From positions 1,617 to 65,616 of the forward strand of contig JADGCN010000003.1 in NCBI GenBank assembly GCA_015228975.1: 64,000 bases of DNA. The letters are read 5' to 3'. Source of the stretch: Magnetococcales bacterium (GTDB lineage: Bacteria; Pseudomonadota; Magnetococcia; Magnetococcales; UBA8363). Of this stretch, positions 55,789 through 64,000 are shown piece by piece; the stretch's first letter is position 1, and each line of letters opens with the position of its first letter. The position numbers and the translations under genes were made by a program. Under the pieces are notes generated by a model that saw only the letters and a program-made list of their open reading frames with translations, did no database searches and had not been told where the DNA came from.

Positions 55789-56793
55789 ATGAAAGCAAAT
55801 GCACAGAGACATGGTAATGAAAAAATCGGCGTTTCCCTTGTTTTAGTGGAAGAAATTGATTCCGGGATGCGCCTGGATCGTTTTCTTAAGCGTCAGTTAC
55901 CCGGTTTGCCCCCGGGCTTGATCCAAAAATTGTTGCGTACCGGTCAGGTTCGCTTGGACGGTGGACGTGTCAAAGGGGATCAGCGCCTGTTGCCGGGCCA
56001 GGTGGTACGACTCCCTCCGGTGCGTCCGTCCCCCGCTGCTACGGCAGATGCCCCCAGGATGCCACCAGCCGCCATGCTCAAAGCTTTGGAGGGATCCGTG
56101 CTTTTGGAGGGTGATGGCTTCCTCGTCATCAACAAACCATCCGGTTGGCCGGTCCATGCGGGTTCGGGTCAGGCGGTGGGATTGATCGATGGGTTACGTC
56201 ATCTGTGGAAAGATTCGCCCCAGACACCGGAATTGTGTCACCGCCTGGATCGGGATACTTCGGGATGCCTGTTGTTGGCGACTGACCGGTCGGCAGCCCG
56301 TGTATTAACCGGCGCTTTTCAAGATGGCCAGGTGCATAAAACTTATCTGACCCTGGTCAAAGGGATACCCTCTCCCAAGGAGGGTATTATCGAAACTTCC
56401 CTGATCAAGGGGGTCGTGCGCTCGGGAGAACGCATGGTAGTCACCGATCAGGCGGGACGGAAAGCCCGTACCCGGTATCGGGTTCGTGAAAGCTATGCCC
56501 ATGCGGCCTTGCTTGAGGTTGTTTTGGATACCGGTCGCACCCATCAAGTCAGGGCGCATATGCAATCATTGGGTCACCCCTTGGCGGGTGATGGCAAGTA
56601 CGGAGACCGTGATTTTAATCGTCTCATGAAAACTATTGGCTTAAGACGCCTGTTTCTCCACGCGCAAACATTGATCTTCCCGCATCCGTACACCGGTGAG
56701 AGCGTCACGGTTACCGCCCCCCTGGATCCAACTCTTAGTCGTTCTATCGATAGGCTACAGCATTATGATTTTTCGGCTATGGGCAATCCATAG
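55789..56793 (+). CDS. rluC: 23S rRNA pseudouridine synthase RluC (RluA family, S4 domain)
   Basis: S4-like RLDRFLKRQLPGLPPGLIQKLLRTGQVRLDG. Catalytic motif HRLDRDTSGCLLLA. Also THQVRAH. Confidence 0.85.
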   Translation: MKANAQRHGNEKIGVSLVLVEEIDSGMRLDRFLKRQLPGLPPGLIQKLLRTGQVRLDGGRVKGDQRLLPGQVVRLPPVRPSPAATADAPRMPPAAMLKALEGSVLLEGDGFLVINKPSGWPVHAGSGQAVGLIDGLRHLWKDSPQTPELCHRLDRDTSGCLLLATDRSAARVLTGAFQDGQVHKTYLTLVKGIPSPKEGIIETSLIKGVVRSGERMVVTDQAGRKARTRYRVRESYAHAALLEVVLDTGRTHQVRAHMQSLGHPLAGDGKYGDRDFNRLMKTIGLRRLFLHAQTLIFPHPYTGESVTVTAPLDPTLSRSIDRLQHYDFSAMGNP

Positions 56794-56849
56794 GCTTCCG
56801 CAATGGTGGGGGTGGATCATACACGAACGCATCACCTCCCTTTAGTGGC

Positions 56850-57896
56850 TCATTCGTCACATCCTTCCTTGCCGCTGCTGATTTGCAGAAGTCGGTCGAA
56901 GTCGGATAGGTACTGCCGATCCTGAATCAAGCGGTATTTTTCGAATTCGCTCTCGGCATGGGTCTTGGCAATTTCCGCGCTCACCCTACCCGCATCCTGC
57001 AAAATGTCACGATCCCACAGCTCTAGAAATCCTCCCAGGCGGTTTTCCCAATCCTGCATCGTCATGGGAATACGGCGCATGGCCTGAACTTCTGCCATAT
57101 CCAGATAGGCAGAAACGATGCGCTGCATTTGCGCCAACTCAAACTCCGAGAGGTAGTTCTTGGCGATTGTGACATCGTATTTGTGAATCTTGCCGTGGGG
57201 TGCGCCTTCCCAGCCGGTCAGCCCCATGTTTTTCTTGCGATGGTCGGCACGGTCCACAACAACCTCTGCCGCCGTCTGGCCGTGAATGGCGTAGTGCAGT
57301 TTGTTCTGAACCGCCGCAAAGAAACGCTTGGTTGTTGTGGCGCTGGGATCGTAATCAATGGCTGTGGCGTAGATGTCTGTGATCTTCTGGTAAAATTTGC
57401 GTTCCGAGAGGCGGATTTCCCGGATTTTCTCCAGTTGCCGCTCAAAGAAGTCGTTTGTCAGGATGCTGCCACCGCTCTTCAGCCGGTCCACATCCATCGT
57501 CCAGCCCTGGATAGTGTAATCCTTGACAATCTGGTTGGCCCACTTGCGAAACTGTACGGCACGCTCGTTCTCGATCTTGAAGCCAACGGCAATGATGACT
57601 TGGAGGCTGTAGTGCTTAACCCGATAGTTTTTGCTGTCCGCCGCAGTGGTTAAGTAGTGCTTAATAACTGCTGTTTCGTCCAGTTCGTTATCGGCAAAAA
57701 TGCGCTTCAAGTGCTGGTTGATGGCCGGTACCGACACGTCATAGAGCGTGGCCATCATCTTCTGCGTGAGCCAGATGTTTTCATCTTCGTAACGCATTTC
57801 CACACTGGTTTCAGACGAACCGCTGGCCGCGACAAAGGTCAGATATTCCGCCGCCGAGGAACGGACGAGGCTATTCCGGGTGAGTTTCTTTGTCAT
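56850..57896 (-). CDS. RhuM family virulence-associated protein
   Basis: N-terminal region ...IWLTQKMMATLYDVSVPAINQHLKRIF..ELDE.AVIKHYL.TAADSKNYRVKHYSLQVIIAVGFKIENERAVQFRKWAN is characteristic of RhuM-family proteins. Confidence 0.8.
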   Translation of the reverse strand: MTKKLTRNSLVRSSAAEYLTFVAASGSSETSVEMRYEDENIWLTQKMMATLYDVSVPAINQHLKRIFADNELDETAVIKHYLTTAADSKNYRVKHYSLQVIIAVGFKIENERAVQFRKWANQIVKDYTIQGWTMDVDRLKSGGSILTNDFFERQLEKIREIRLSERKFYQKITDIYATAIDYDPSATTTKRFFAAVQNKLHYAIHGQTAAEVVVDRADHRKKNMGLTGWEGAPHGKIHKYDVTIAKNYLSEFELAQMQRIVSAYLDMAEVQAMRRIPMTMQDWENRLGGFLELWDRDILQDAGRVSAEIAKTHAESEFEKYRLIQDRQYLSDFDRLLQISSGKEGCDE

Positions 57897-58012
57897 TCCG
57901 ATTCCTCGTCAATTTTCTGCTCGCGAAACCAGTTTGCCTTACCATACCGATATCCCGGGAACTTTGCTTCCAGCATGGTTTGACCCAGAATTCTGCGGCG
58001 GGCATAGCCCAT
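57893..58012 (-). CDS. Possible 39-aa basic small protein, coupled to the RhuM gene
   Basis: ATG 58012 is preceded by AAGGA. The product is MGYARRRILGQTMLEAKFPGYRYGKANWFREQKIDEESE. Its stop overlaps the RhuM start (ATGA). It is below the size cutoff of the ORF track and I recognise no family. Confidence 0.3.
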   Translation of the reverse strand: MGYARRRILGQTMLEAKFPGYRYGKANWFREQKIDEESE

Positions 58013-58492
58013 TTTTTTCCTTCACAAAAATTTCAGATGGTGTGGTAGAAGTTAGAGACTTCCAAACTACTGGCGTTGTATCATTTGCAAGAGGAGCTGT
58101 CCATTTTTCCAATTAACTGCTGGCCGCTTAAATATCGGAAATCGACGGATACAAATAAATCAAAATAATCTTTTAAACTGCCGCGAATCAATCGATGAGA
58201 TTGTTTCAAAACTGTGAAATAAAATGCCTTGATCATCGTTTTGACCGATGCTCTTAATGGTACGGTCTGTTCCGCTTAACGGCAGTAGTCTGTTATGGCA
58301 TTGAATGTGCCAAGATGGAGATGATATTAACCTCAGATTGCAGATCGCCGTCAGCTTTCTTGCGGATCGGTTGATTCTCCGATAGGAAAAAAAAGGATTT
58401 ACAGGTTTCCAAATTGTCAAGCGGCAGGGTATCCTTCACCTTTCGTGCCGTAACAACGGTTACACCACCCATTCCACAAAGGGGCGATTTCG

Positions 58493-58993
58493 ATGACTAC
58501 CAAAGACAACCTGAAAGCGGCTTTTGCCGGTGAAAGCCAAGCCAATCGTAAATATCTCGCCTTTGCCAAGAAGGCCGACAAAGAGGGATATCCGGTCATT
58601 GCCAGTTTGTTCCGTGCGGTAGCGGAGGCGGAAACCATCCACGCCCATACCCACTTGCGCAATCTGGGTGGCGTGGAGGACACCTTGGCGAATTTGCGTG
58701 CGGCCAAGGCGGGGGAAGATTACGAAATCAACGAGATGTATCCCGGCATGGTGGCGACCGCCGAGGCTGAGGGGGAAAAGGCCGCCGCCATGGGTATGCG
58801 TCATGCCATGGCTGTGGAAAAAGTTCACAGCGAACTTTACCAACAGGCCATTGCCGCCCTGGAAAGTGGCAAGGATCTGGACCATGAAGTCCTGCATGTG
58901 TGTGACGTGTGTGGTCACACCATTTTTGGCGAACCAACGGATAAGTGCCCTGTGTGCAATGCCAAAAAAAGCGCCTACCGCAAAATAGTCTGA
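58493..58993 (+). CDS. Rubrerythrin
   Basis: N-terminal diiron four-helix bundle (AGESQANRKY, EAETIHAHTH, with ExxH pairs). C-terminal rubredoxin-like CDVCGH...CPVC. Confidence 0.9.
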   Translation: MTTKDNLKAAFAGESQANRKYLAFAKKADKEGYPVIASLFRAVAEAETIHAHTHLRNLGGVEDTLANLRAAKAGEDYEINEMYPGMVATAEAEGEKAAAMGMRHAMAVEKVHSELYQQAIAALESGKDLDHEVLHVCDVCGHTIFGEPTDKCPVCNAKKSAYRKIV

Positions 58994-59000
58994 GTCAGTG

Positions 59001-59037
59001 TCCGCGTGATGTCCGGTGGAAAACGATATCACGCGGA
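59001..59037. terminator. Hairpin between convergent rubrerythrin and methyltransferase genes
   Basis: Perfect 10-bp inverted repeat TCCGCGTGAT-N17-ATCACGCGGA. No U-tract is present. Confidence 0.35.
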
Positions 59038-59064
59038 TGGTGATTGGATCGCCGTTCGCCTGTT

Positions 59065-60153
59065 TTATGGGGTTAATCTCAGGCGGGGTGTGTTGGTTTG
59101 TTTGAAGCGGGATTTTTTCCAGGCCCGGCATACTTCGAAGCGATTGTTTTCCAGTACGATTTCGCACTCAAAACCGAGTTGTTGAAGGGTGCGCCGGTGA
59201 GCGAGGAATTGATTGCCGACCAACCACAGATTGCCGTGGGGTTGCAGCAGGGAGCCGACCTGTTTGAAAAATGCCAGGGCTGGTTCCTGGTCATTGCGGG
59301 CACCACGATGAAAGGGTGGATTGGTGACGATGGTGGAAAATGTCGTCCGGGACAATCCCGGGCCGATGCCATCTTCCAAGAGGACGGTTATGTGTCCTTC
59401 CAGTTGGTTGCTCTGTAGTGTTTCCCGAGTGGCGCGGACGGCGGCGTATTGATCGTCGGCCAGGACCAGTTGCGCCTGCGGCCAACGTCGGGCCAAGGTG
59501 ATGCCCAACAATCCATAGCCGCATCCCCAGTCCAGCACCCGATCACCGGGGTCTTGTTCCAGCATGGCCTCCAGGAGCATCAGGGAACCTTCGTCGGGTT
59601 CCTGCCAGGAGAACACCCCCGGCAGCGTGGCGAAGGTAATCCCTCCGTAATGAAGGCGAAAATACGGATCCTGTGTCGTATCATCCCGCGGGGTGGCGTC
59701 CTGCCTGCTCAGGGATAGCAAGCGCATGTGACCCTTGACCAGGGCGACCTGGGCCAGGGGATATTTTTTGGCCAGGGACAGAATGCCGTGTTCGCGAATG
59801 CCGTAGATCCACAGGTGTCCCGTTGGGCTGATAGCGTTCAGGGCTTTGTCGATGGTGAAACGGGAGGCTTCCCGGCCTTGGGGTAGTTCCAGCAGGCAAT
59901 GATCCGCGGGTTGTTCCGCCGTGGGATGGTCGTGCAACACCCATTGCAAGTCGGGCCAATGGGCAGCGGATTGGGCGATGGAGGCCCGGGCTGCGACAAC
60001 GCATCCTTTGAATCCCCGGGAACGCAACATGGGGATGGGCGAAGGTTGTTGGGGATCCTGATGCACCAAGTGGACATGGGTTACCCTGTCCACGGGTAAC
60101 AATTCCGGCAGGGCGCGGAAAAATCGTTCCTGAGAACGCGGACCAGGATTCAC
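59065..60153 (-). CDS. RsmC/RlmG-type rRNA (guanine-N2) methyltransferase (MTS domain)
   Basis: C-terminal VLDWGCGYGLLG...IVTNPPFH (SAM and NPPF motifs) and TLPGVFS, comparable to E. coli RsmC. I propose the start at GTG 60153, 8 nt after GGAG. The 429-aa ORF would overlap the upstream gene by 150 nt. Confidence 0.65.
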   Translation of the reverse strand: MNPGPRSQERFFRALPELLPVDRVTHVHLVHQDPQQPSPIPMLRSRGFKGCVVAARASIAQSAAHWPDLQWVLHDHPTAEQPADHCLLELPQGREASRFTIDKALNAISPTGHLWIYGIREHGILSLAKKYPLAQVALVKGHMRLLSLSRQDATPRDDTTQDPYFRLHYGGITFATLPGVFSWQEPDEGSLMLLEAMLEQDPGDRVLDWGCGYGLLGITLARRWPQAQLVLADDQYAAVRATRETLQSNQLEGHITVLLEDGIGPGLSRTTFSTIVTNPPFHRGARNDQEPALAFFKQVGSLLQPHGNLWLVGNQFLAHRRTLQQLGFECEIVLENNRFEVCRAWKKSRFKQTNTPRLRLTP

Positions 60154-60203
60154 AGTGGTATCTCCATTGTGTTCGAGCGTCGGACCAGAGGCCGACACTT
60201 CAA

Positions 60204-61310
60204 TCAGGATGGGGCGGGTATTCCGGTTTTCAACTCTGCAAAAATTTCGTGTACGTGCATCATCCGGGTGTGACGGACGGCATTGGTGCCGGTAAATACC
60301 AAGCCGTGGGTGAGGTCGCCTTGCTGCGCATGATGCAGGGCTGTGGCCACACAAAAGGCTTCCTTTTGTTCACGGCACAGGCAATATTCCAGGCAGGTGG
60401 CGAAGCAATGGCTGGCGACCTCGCCACCGCGAAACAGGGTGCGGGTGAAGTTGGTATTGATGGCGCGGCCCGGCAGACCGGCTGGGGAATCGATGATCAC
60501 CACATCCCCTTGTTTGGCGTCGATGAAGGTTTGCTTGAAATTGGGATGGGCATCACATTCATAGGTACACAAAAAGCGGCTGGCCATTTGCACCCCTTTG
60601 GCCCCCAGGGAAAGGGCATGGTCGATATCCTTGCGATCCCAGACCCCGCCGGCGGTGACGATAGGGATTTCATCGTTGTACTCTTTGCGCAACCATTCGG
60701 CCAGCTCGGGCACAACGGCATCGGCACCATGTTGGGCGTCGAAGAGTTGGTTGCGATTGACCCCCAGGTGCCCTCCGGCAACGTTGGGATCCTCAAAAAC
60801 AAAGGCATCGGGGATGCGTTTGTAGAGTTTGGCCCAGCGTTTGGCCAGTAATTTGGCGGCTCTGAGGGAGGAGACGATGGGGATGAGTGCGGCACGGGGG
60901 TTGGCCTGGGCGAATTCCGGCAGACGGAGCGGCAGACCGGCCCCGGAGATGATCAACTGGGCACCGTGTTCCACCGAGGTACGTACCATGGCTTCGTAAT
61001 CCCGGATGGCCACCATGCAGTTGGTACCGATGATCCCCTTGGGGCTTTTTTCCCGAGTCCAGGTTAGCTCGTCGATCAAGGCTTTGACGTTGGCTCGGAA
61101 ATAATCCTTGCCTTTTTGGTAATAGCGGGAGGCCAGCGACAGGGCGACTGTGGCGACGATACCGGCACCGCCTTCGTTGGCGACTGCCGAGGCCAGGCTG
61201 CTGGCCGATATGCGAATTCCCATTCCCCCTTGGATAATGGGGACTTGCAGGGTGTAATCGCCGATTTTCAGGGGTGGCAGGGGCTCAATGCCAATGGTAG
61301 CTGATTGCAT
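60204..61310 (-). CDS. Nitronate monooxygenase / NAD(P)H-dependent flavin oxidoreductase (NMO family)
   Basis: VPIIQGGMGIRISASSLASAVANEGGAGIV and later GAGLP...AGGHLG patterns typical of the FMN-dependent NMO/FabK-like TIM barrel. The start is ATG 61310. Confidence 0.75.
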   Translation of the reverse strand: MQSATIGIEPLPPLKIGDYTLQVPIIQGGMGIRISASSLASAVANEGGAGIVATVALSLASRYYQKGKDYFRANVKALIDELTWTREKSPKGIIGTNCMVAIRDYEAMVRTSVEHGAQLIISGAGLPLRLPEFAQANPRAALIPIVSSLRAAKLLAKRWAKLYKRIPDAFVFEDPNVAGGHLGVNRNQLFDAQHGADAVVPELAEWLRKEYNDEIPIVTAGGVWDRKDIDHALSLGAKGVQMASRFLCTYECDAHPNFKQTFIDAKQGDVVIIDSPAGLPGRAINTNFTRTLFRGGEVASHCFATCLEYCLCREQKEAFCVATALHHAQQGDLTHGLVFTGTNAVRHTRMMHVHEIFAELKTGIPAPS

Positions 61311-61505
61311 GAGATTCCAGTAAGTTGGTATGGTATCCGAATGAGGAGGGTCAAGTCGCTCCTGACGATGTGGAGAATGGAAAAGCGAACAATAGGCCCT
61401 TCGGGCAAAAAAATCAAAGTCAAAACCCAGACGGTTTCGGGCATCCTTCCAACTGGCCATTGCGTATTCCAACGGCACCAGTAACGATAGGAACACCCAT
61501 TGTCT

Positions 61506-62354
61506 TCACGGAAGACTCTGCCGCAGAAAGGTGGTGGGGGCAACGAAATTGAGCGGCAGGTTTGTGCCGGTCAGTGTTTCCGAATGGCCAAGGAAAAGAA
61601 ATCCACCAGGATTTAAATGTTGACACAATTGCGACAACACTTTGAATTGAGAAGTTTTTTTTAAATATATCAATAAATTTCGACAAAAAATAATGTCAAC
61701 CGGATGTTGCGGCGGGTAAGGAAGTTCCATTAAGTTGTGGTGAACAAAGCGGACCTTTTGACGCAATTCCACAACAATGCGAACCTCGTCCCGGTTTGGA
61801 TCCCGTCGCAGATAACGTTGGCGCATGGGAAGGGGTACAGGGGTGACATCGACATGGGGATAAATAGCATTGACGGCAGTTTGTAACACTTTGGTGCAAA
61901 GATCGCTGGCCAAAATTTGAAATTTAAATCCCGGAACGGTGTTGGCAAAATCCTGACAGAGCATGGCCAGTGAATATGGCTCGGCACCGTTGGAACACCC
62001 AGCACTCCAGATTACCAGGGAACTTTTCATGCCAATACCCCGGGCTTGCATGGTTGGCAAAGCCTGGACGGATAAAAATTCAAAATGGTGCCGCTCACGA
62101 AAAAAACCGGTTTTGTTGATGGTGACCAAGTCAAACAGCGCGTTTTTCTCATTCTCCATCCCGTTACCATCCAGCAGCCAACAACAATAATGATGCAAGG
62201 TGGTAAAACCCAGTTGCGACATTTGGCTACGGATACGTCCTTCAAGATATGGCCATTTTTCTGGCGCTACCGATATACCTGTGCGATCCTGGACAAACAT
62301 CATCAACCGTTCAAAAGCCCTTTTGTCGCCTGTTCGCTCCTGCAACATGATCAT
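61506..62354 (-). CDS. cheR: CheR-type protein-glutamate O-methyltransferase
   Basis: FFRERHHF and the SAM-binding IWSAGCSNGAEPYSLAML, then ILASDL. Overlaps the cheW stop (ATGA). Confidence 0.85.
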   Translation of the reverse strand: MIMLQERTGDKRAFERLMMFVQDRTGISVAPEKWPYLEGRIRSQMSQLGFTTLHHYCCWLLDGNGMENEKNALFDLVTINKTGFFRERHHFEFLSVQALPTMQARGIGMKSSLVIWSAGCSNGAEPYSLAMLCQDFANTVPGFKFQILASDLCTKVLQTAVNAIYPHVDVTPVPLPMRQRYLRRDPNRDEVRIVVELRQKVRFVHHNLMELPYPPQHPVDIIFCRNLLIYLKKTSQFKVLSQLCQHLNPGGFLFLGHSETLTGTNLPLNFVAPTTFLRQSLP

Positions 62355-62833
62355 TGCAACTGTAGTAAGGCGATTTCAGTGTCGCTGAACAGGCGTTCCA
62401 AATCCAGAATGACTATGAACCTGCCATCGAGGCGGCCAATCGCCTGGATAAGATCTGACTTCCAGCGCATACCGATATCCGGGACCACATTAAGGTTATC
62501 AGTTTGCATCTCCGCCACTTCAAAAACCCGATCAACCAACAATCCAATGACCAATGTTCGACCAACAAAGGCAAAATCCAGAACAAGAATGCGGGTATCA
62601 TCGGTAGGGGTTGAAGCAGGAAGCCCCAATTTCAGGCGCAGATCCACAACGGGTACCATACAATCACGTACATCGATGACTCCCTGGAGGAATGCCGGAG
62701 CATTGGGAAGGTGTGCCATCGGTCGGCTGTTGTCGAGAATTTCACGAACGGTTTGCACCCCTACGGCAAACCTGTCTTTCCCGACACCCAACGTTACATA
62801 ACTTAATACCTTGGCAACCGGATCGGCGGTCAT
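62351..62833 (-). CDS. cheW: Chemotaxis coupling protein CheW
   Basis: 160 aa. FAVGVQTVREIL...P.AP.FLQGVIDVR...VPVVDLR pattern. Confidence 0.9.
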   Translation of the reverse strand: MTADPVAKVLSYVTLGVGKDRFAVGVQTVREILDNSRPMAHLPNAPAFLQGVIDVRDCMVPVVDLRLKLGLPASTPTDDTRILVLDFAFVGRTLVIGLLVDRVFEVAEMQTDNLNVVPDIGMRWKSDLIQAIGRLDGRFIVILDLERLFSDTEIALLQLQ

Positions 62834-62866
62834 AGCCCTACCTTGAACATCGTTTTTCCTAGACGT

Positions 62867-64000
62867 TTAATAACTTTCAAAACGACTTTCATCATGGTCA
62901 ACTCCATTCATATCCATATTGAATCCTTTAACATTTTTCCCCGTTCGAGTATCACCCTGGTTGCCAAGTTCCCCTTGATGGGTGGCGTTGGGATTGCCCG
63001 CCATGGTTTGGCGAGGGGCGGCATTGCCACCTCCGGGCAGGTGTTGGTTACCAACATTTCTGGACAAGGGCTGCCTGGGGGTGGGGGTGCCAAACTGGGC
63101 CTTGCCGGGCAAAGATTGGTTAGGGGCATGTTGTTGGGTTCTGGGATCGGGTCTCTGGTGACTACCTCGCGAAGAACCCAACTGGGGGGGCTGGTGATAT
63201 CCCTGGTTACCCCCATGACCATCACCCAGATCAAAGAAGCTGATCATTTCCAGGAGCTGATTGGCCTGGGTCGATAGTTCTTCCGAAGTGGATGACATTT
63301 CCTCGGAGCCGGCGGCATTCTGTTGAATGACTTGGTCCAGTTCCCGAATTGCAGTGTTGATCTGGCTGGCACCAATATCCTGCTCCCGGCAGGCAACGCT
63401 GATTTCCCCTACCAGATCCGAAGTTTTGATAATGTCGGGAACAAGCCGGTCCAGCATTTCACCGGCATGGTTGGCTACCTGGACCGTTTCGGTGGATACC
63501 GCCGATATTTCAGTGGCGGCCCTTTGACTGCGTTCGGACAGCTTGCGCACCTCTGAGGCGACCACCGCGAAACCTCTGCCATGCTCCCCAGCCCGGGCCG
63601 CTTCAACGGCGGCATTCAATGCCAAAAGGTCCGTATGTCTGGCAATTTCCTGGATAATGGAAATTTTGGCGGCGATGGTTTGCATGGCTTGAACCGTTTT
63701 TTTTACCGCCAAACCACTCTCCTCGGCATGTTTGGCCGATTGCTTGGCGATGCGTTCTGTCTCTTCGGCATTTTCGGCGGTCTGTTTGATGTTGGCGGCA
63801 ATCTGTTCCATGGCCGAAGAGGCCTCTTCGGCGGCTGCCGCTTGTTTGGTGGCACCTAGACTCAATTGTTGGGCACTTGCGGAAAGCTGCTGGCTTCCTG
63901 CGGAAACTGCCGCTGCGGCCTTGTTGGCGTCTTCCACCACATAGCGCAAACGATCCAGCATGGTTTCCAGGGCAATTCCCAAAACATCCATGTCGGATTT
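62867..64000 (-). CDS. Methyl-accepting chemotaxis protein (N-terminus outside window) with long low-complexity C-terminal tail
   Basis: The frame is open to the right window edge. Conserved tip [41 protein letters not shown]. Methylation-type heptads ([15 protein letters not shown]). A ~135-aa Q/G/N/P-rich tail ends ...DESRFESY. Confidence 0.85.
   Translation of the reverse strand, partial: KSDMDVLGIALETMLDRLRYVVEDANKAAAAVSAGSQQLSASAQQLSLGATKQAAAAEEASSAMEQIAANIKQTAENAEETERIAKQSAKHAEESGLAVKKTVQAMQTIAAKISIIQEIARHTDLLALNAAVEAARAGEHGRGFAVVASEVRKLSERSQRAATEISAVSTETVQVANHAGEMLDRLVPDIIKTSDLVGEISVACREQDIGASQINTAIRELDQVIQQNAAGSEEMSSTSEELSTQANQLLEMISFFDLGDGHGGNQGYHQPPQLGSSRGSHQRPDPRTQQHAPNQSLPGKAQFGTPTPRQPLSRNVGNQHLPGGGNAAPRQTMAGNPNATHQGELGNQGDTRTGKNVKGFNMDMNGVDHDESRFESY

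Noticed and set aside
58160-58420. 86-aa minus-strand ORF in the AT-rich gap upstream of rubrerythrin.
   Set aside because: It has no RBS, an odd composition and no motifs. It is most likely non-coding or degraded DNA.

Overview
This 64-kb chromosomal window is about 55% GC by eye. Its gene set is Gram-negative and proteobacterial in type (lipA-lipB, htrA, motAB, rne divergent from rluC, murI, acs, serC, fba). I can support about 50 protein genes, one tRNA-Leu(GAG), a few hairpin terminators, one REP-like palindromic element and two gene remnants or pseudogenes. I saw no rRNA, no CRISPR array and no IS transposase or integrase. The only mobility-associated genes are one Rpn-type PD-(D/E)XK nuclease gene and one RhuM-family gene.

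Two loci stand out.

(1) At 12.8-32.1 kb on the minus strand lies a ~19-kb cluster of ten tightly coupled genes. In transcription order they are a periplasmic binding protein, four hybrid histidine kinases, one HisKA protein that lacks a catalytic ATPase domain, a single-domain receiver, a CheR/CheB pair with no CheA, CheW or MCP, and a terminal REC+GHKL (RsbW-like) protein. Together they carry 14 receiver and 3 Hpt domains and no recognisable output domain. This is my best candidate for an undescribed signalling system, possibly one in which kinases are tuned by methylation.

(2) At 3.4-10.9 kb on the plus strand lies a MotA/MotB-like pair whose MotB has no acidic residue at the conserved channel-Asp position. 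It is followed by two PilZ proteins whose c-di-GMP motifs are split by insertions of 92 and 205 aa, then a GT-B glycosyltransferase and a NodB-type deacetylase.

Smaller observations:
- a ~760-bp duplication scar around a DUF1640 gene
- a frameshifted DUF4160 gene in a DUF4160/DUF2442 pair
- a CMD-Rieske fusion
- an FHA protein with two cNMP-binding domains, in AT-richer DNA
- an EAL-CBS-GGDDF protein
- a deoxyhypusine-synthase-like gene next to an orphan pseudopilin
- a RhuM islet
- a chemoreceptor with a ~135-aa low-complexity tail

All calls come from reading motifs in the supplied translations. No database search was run.
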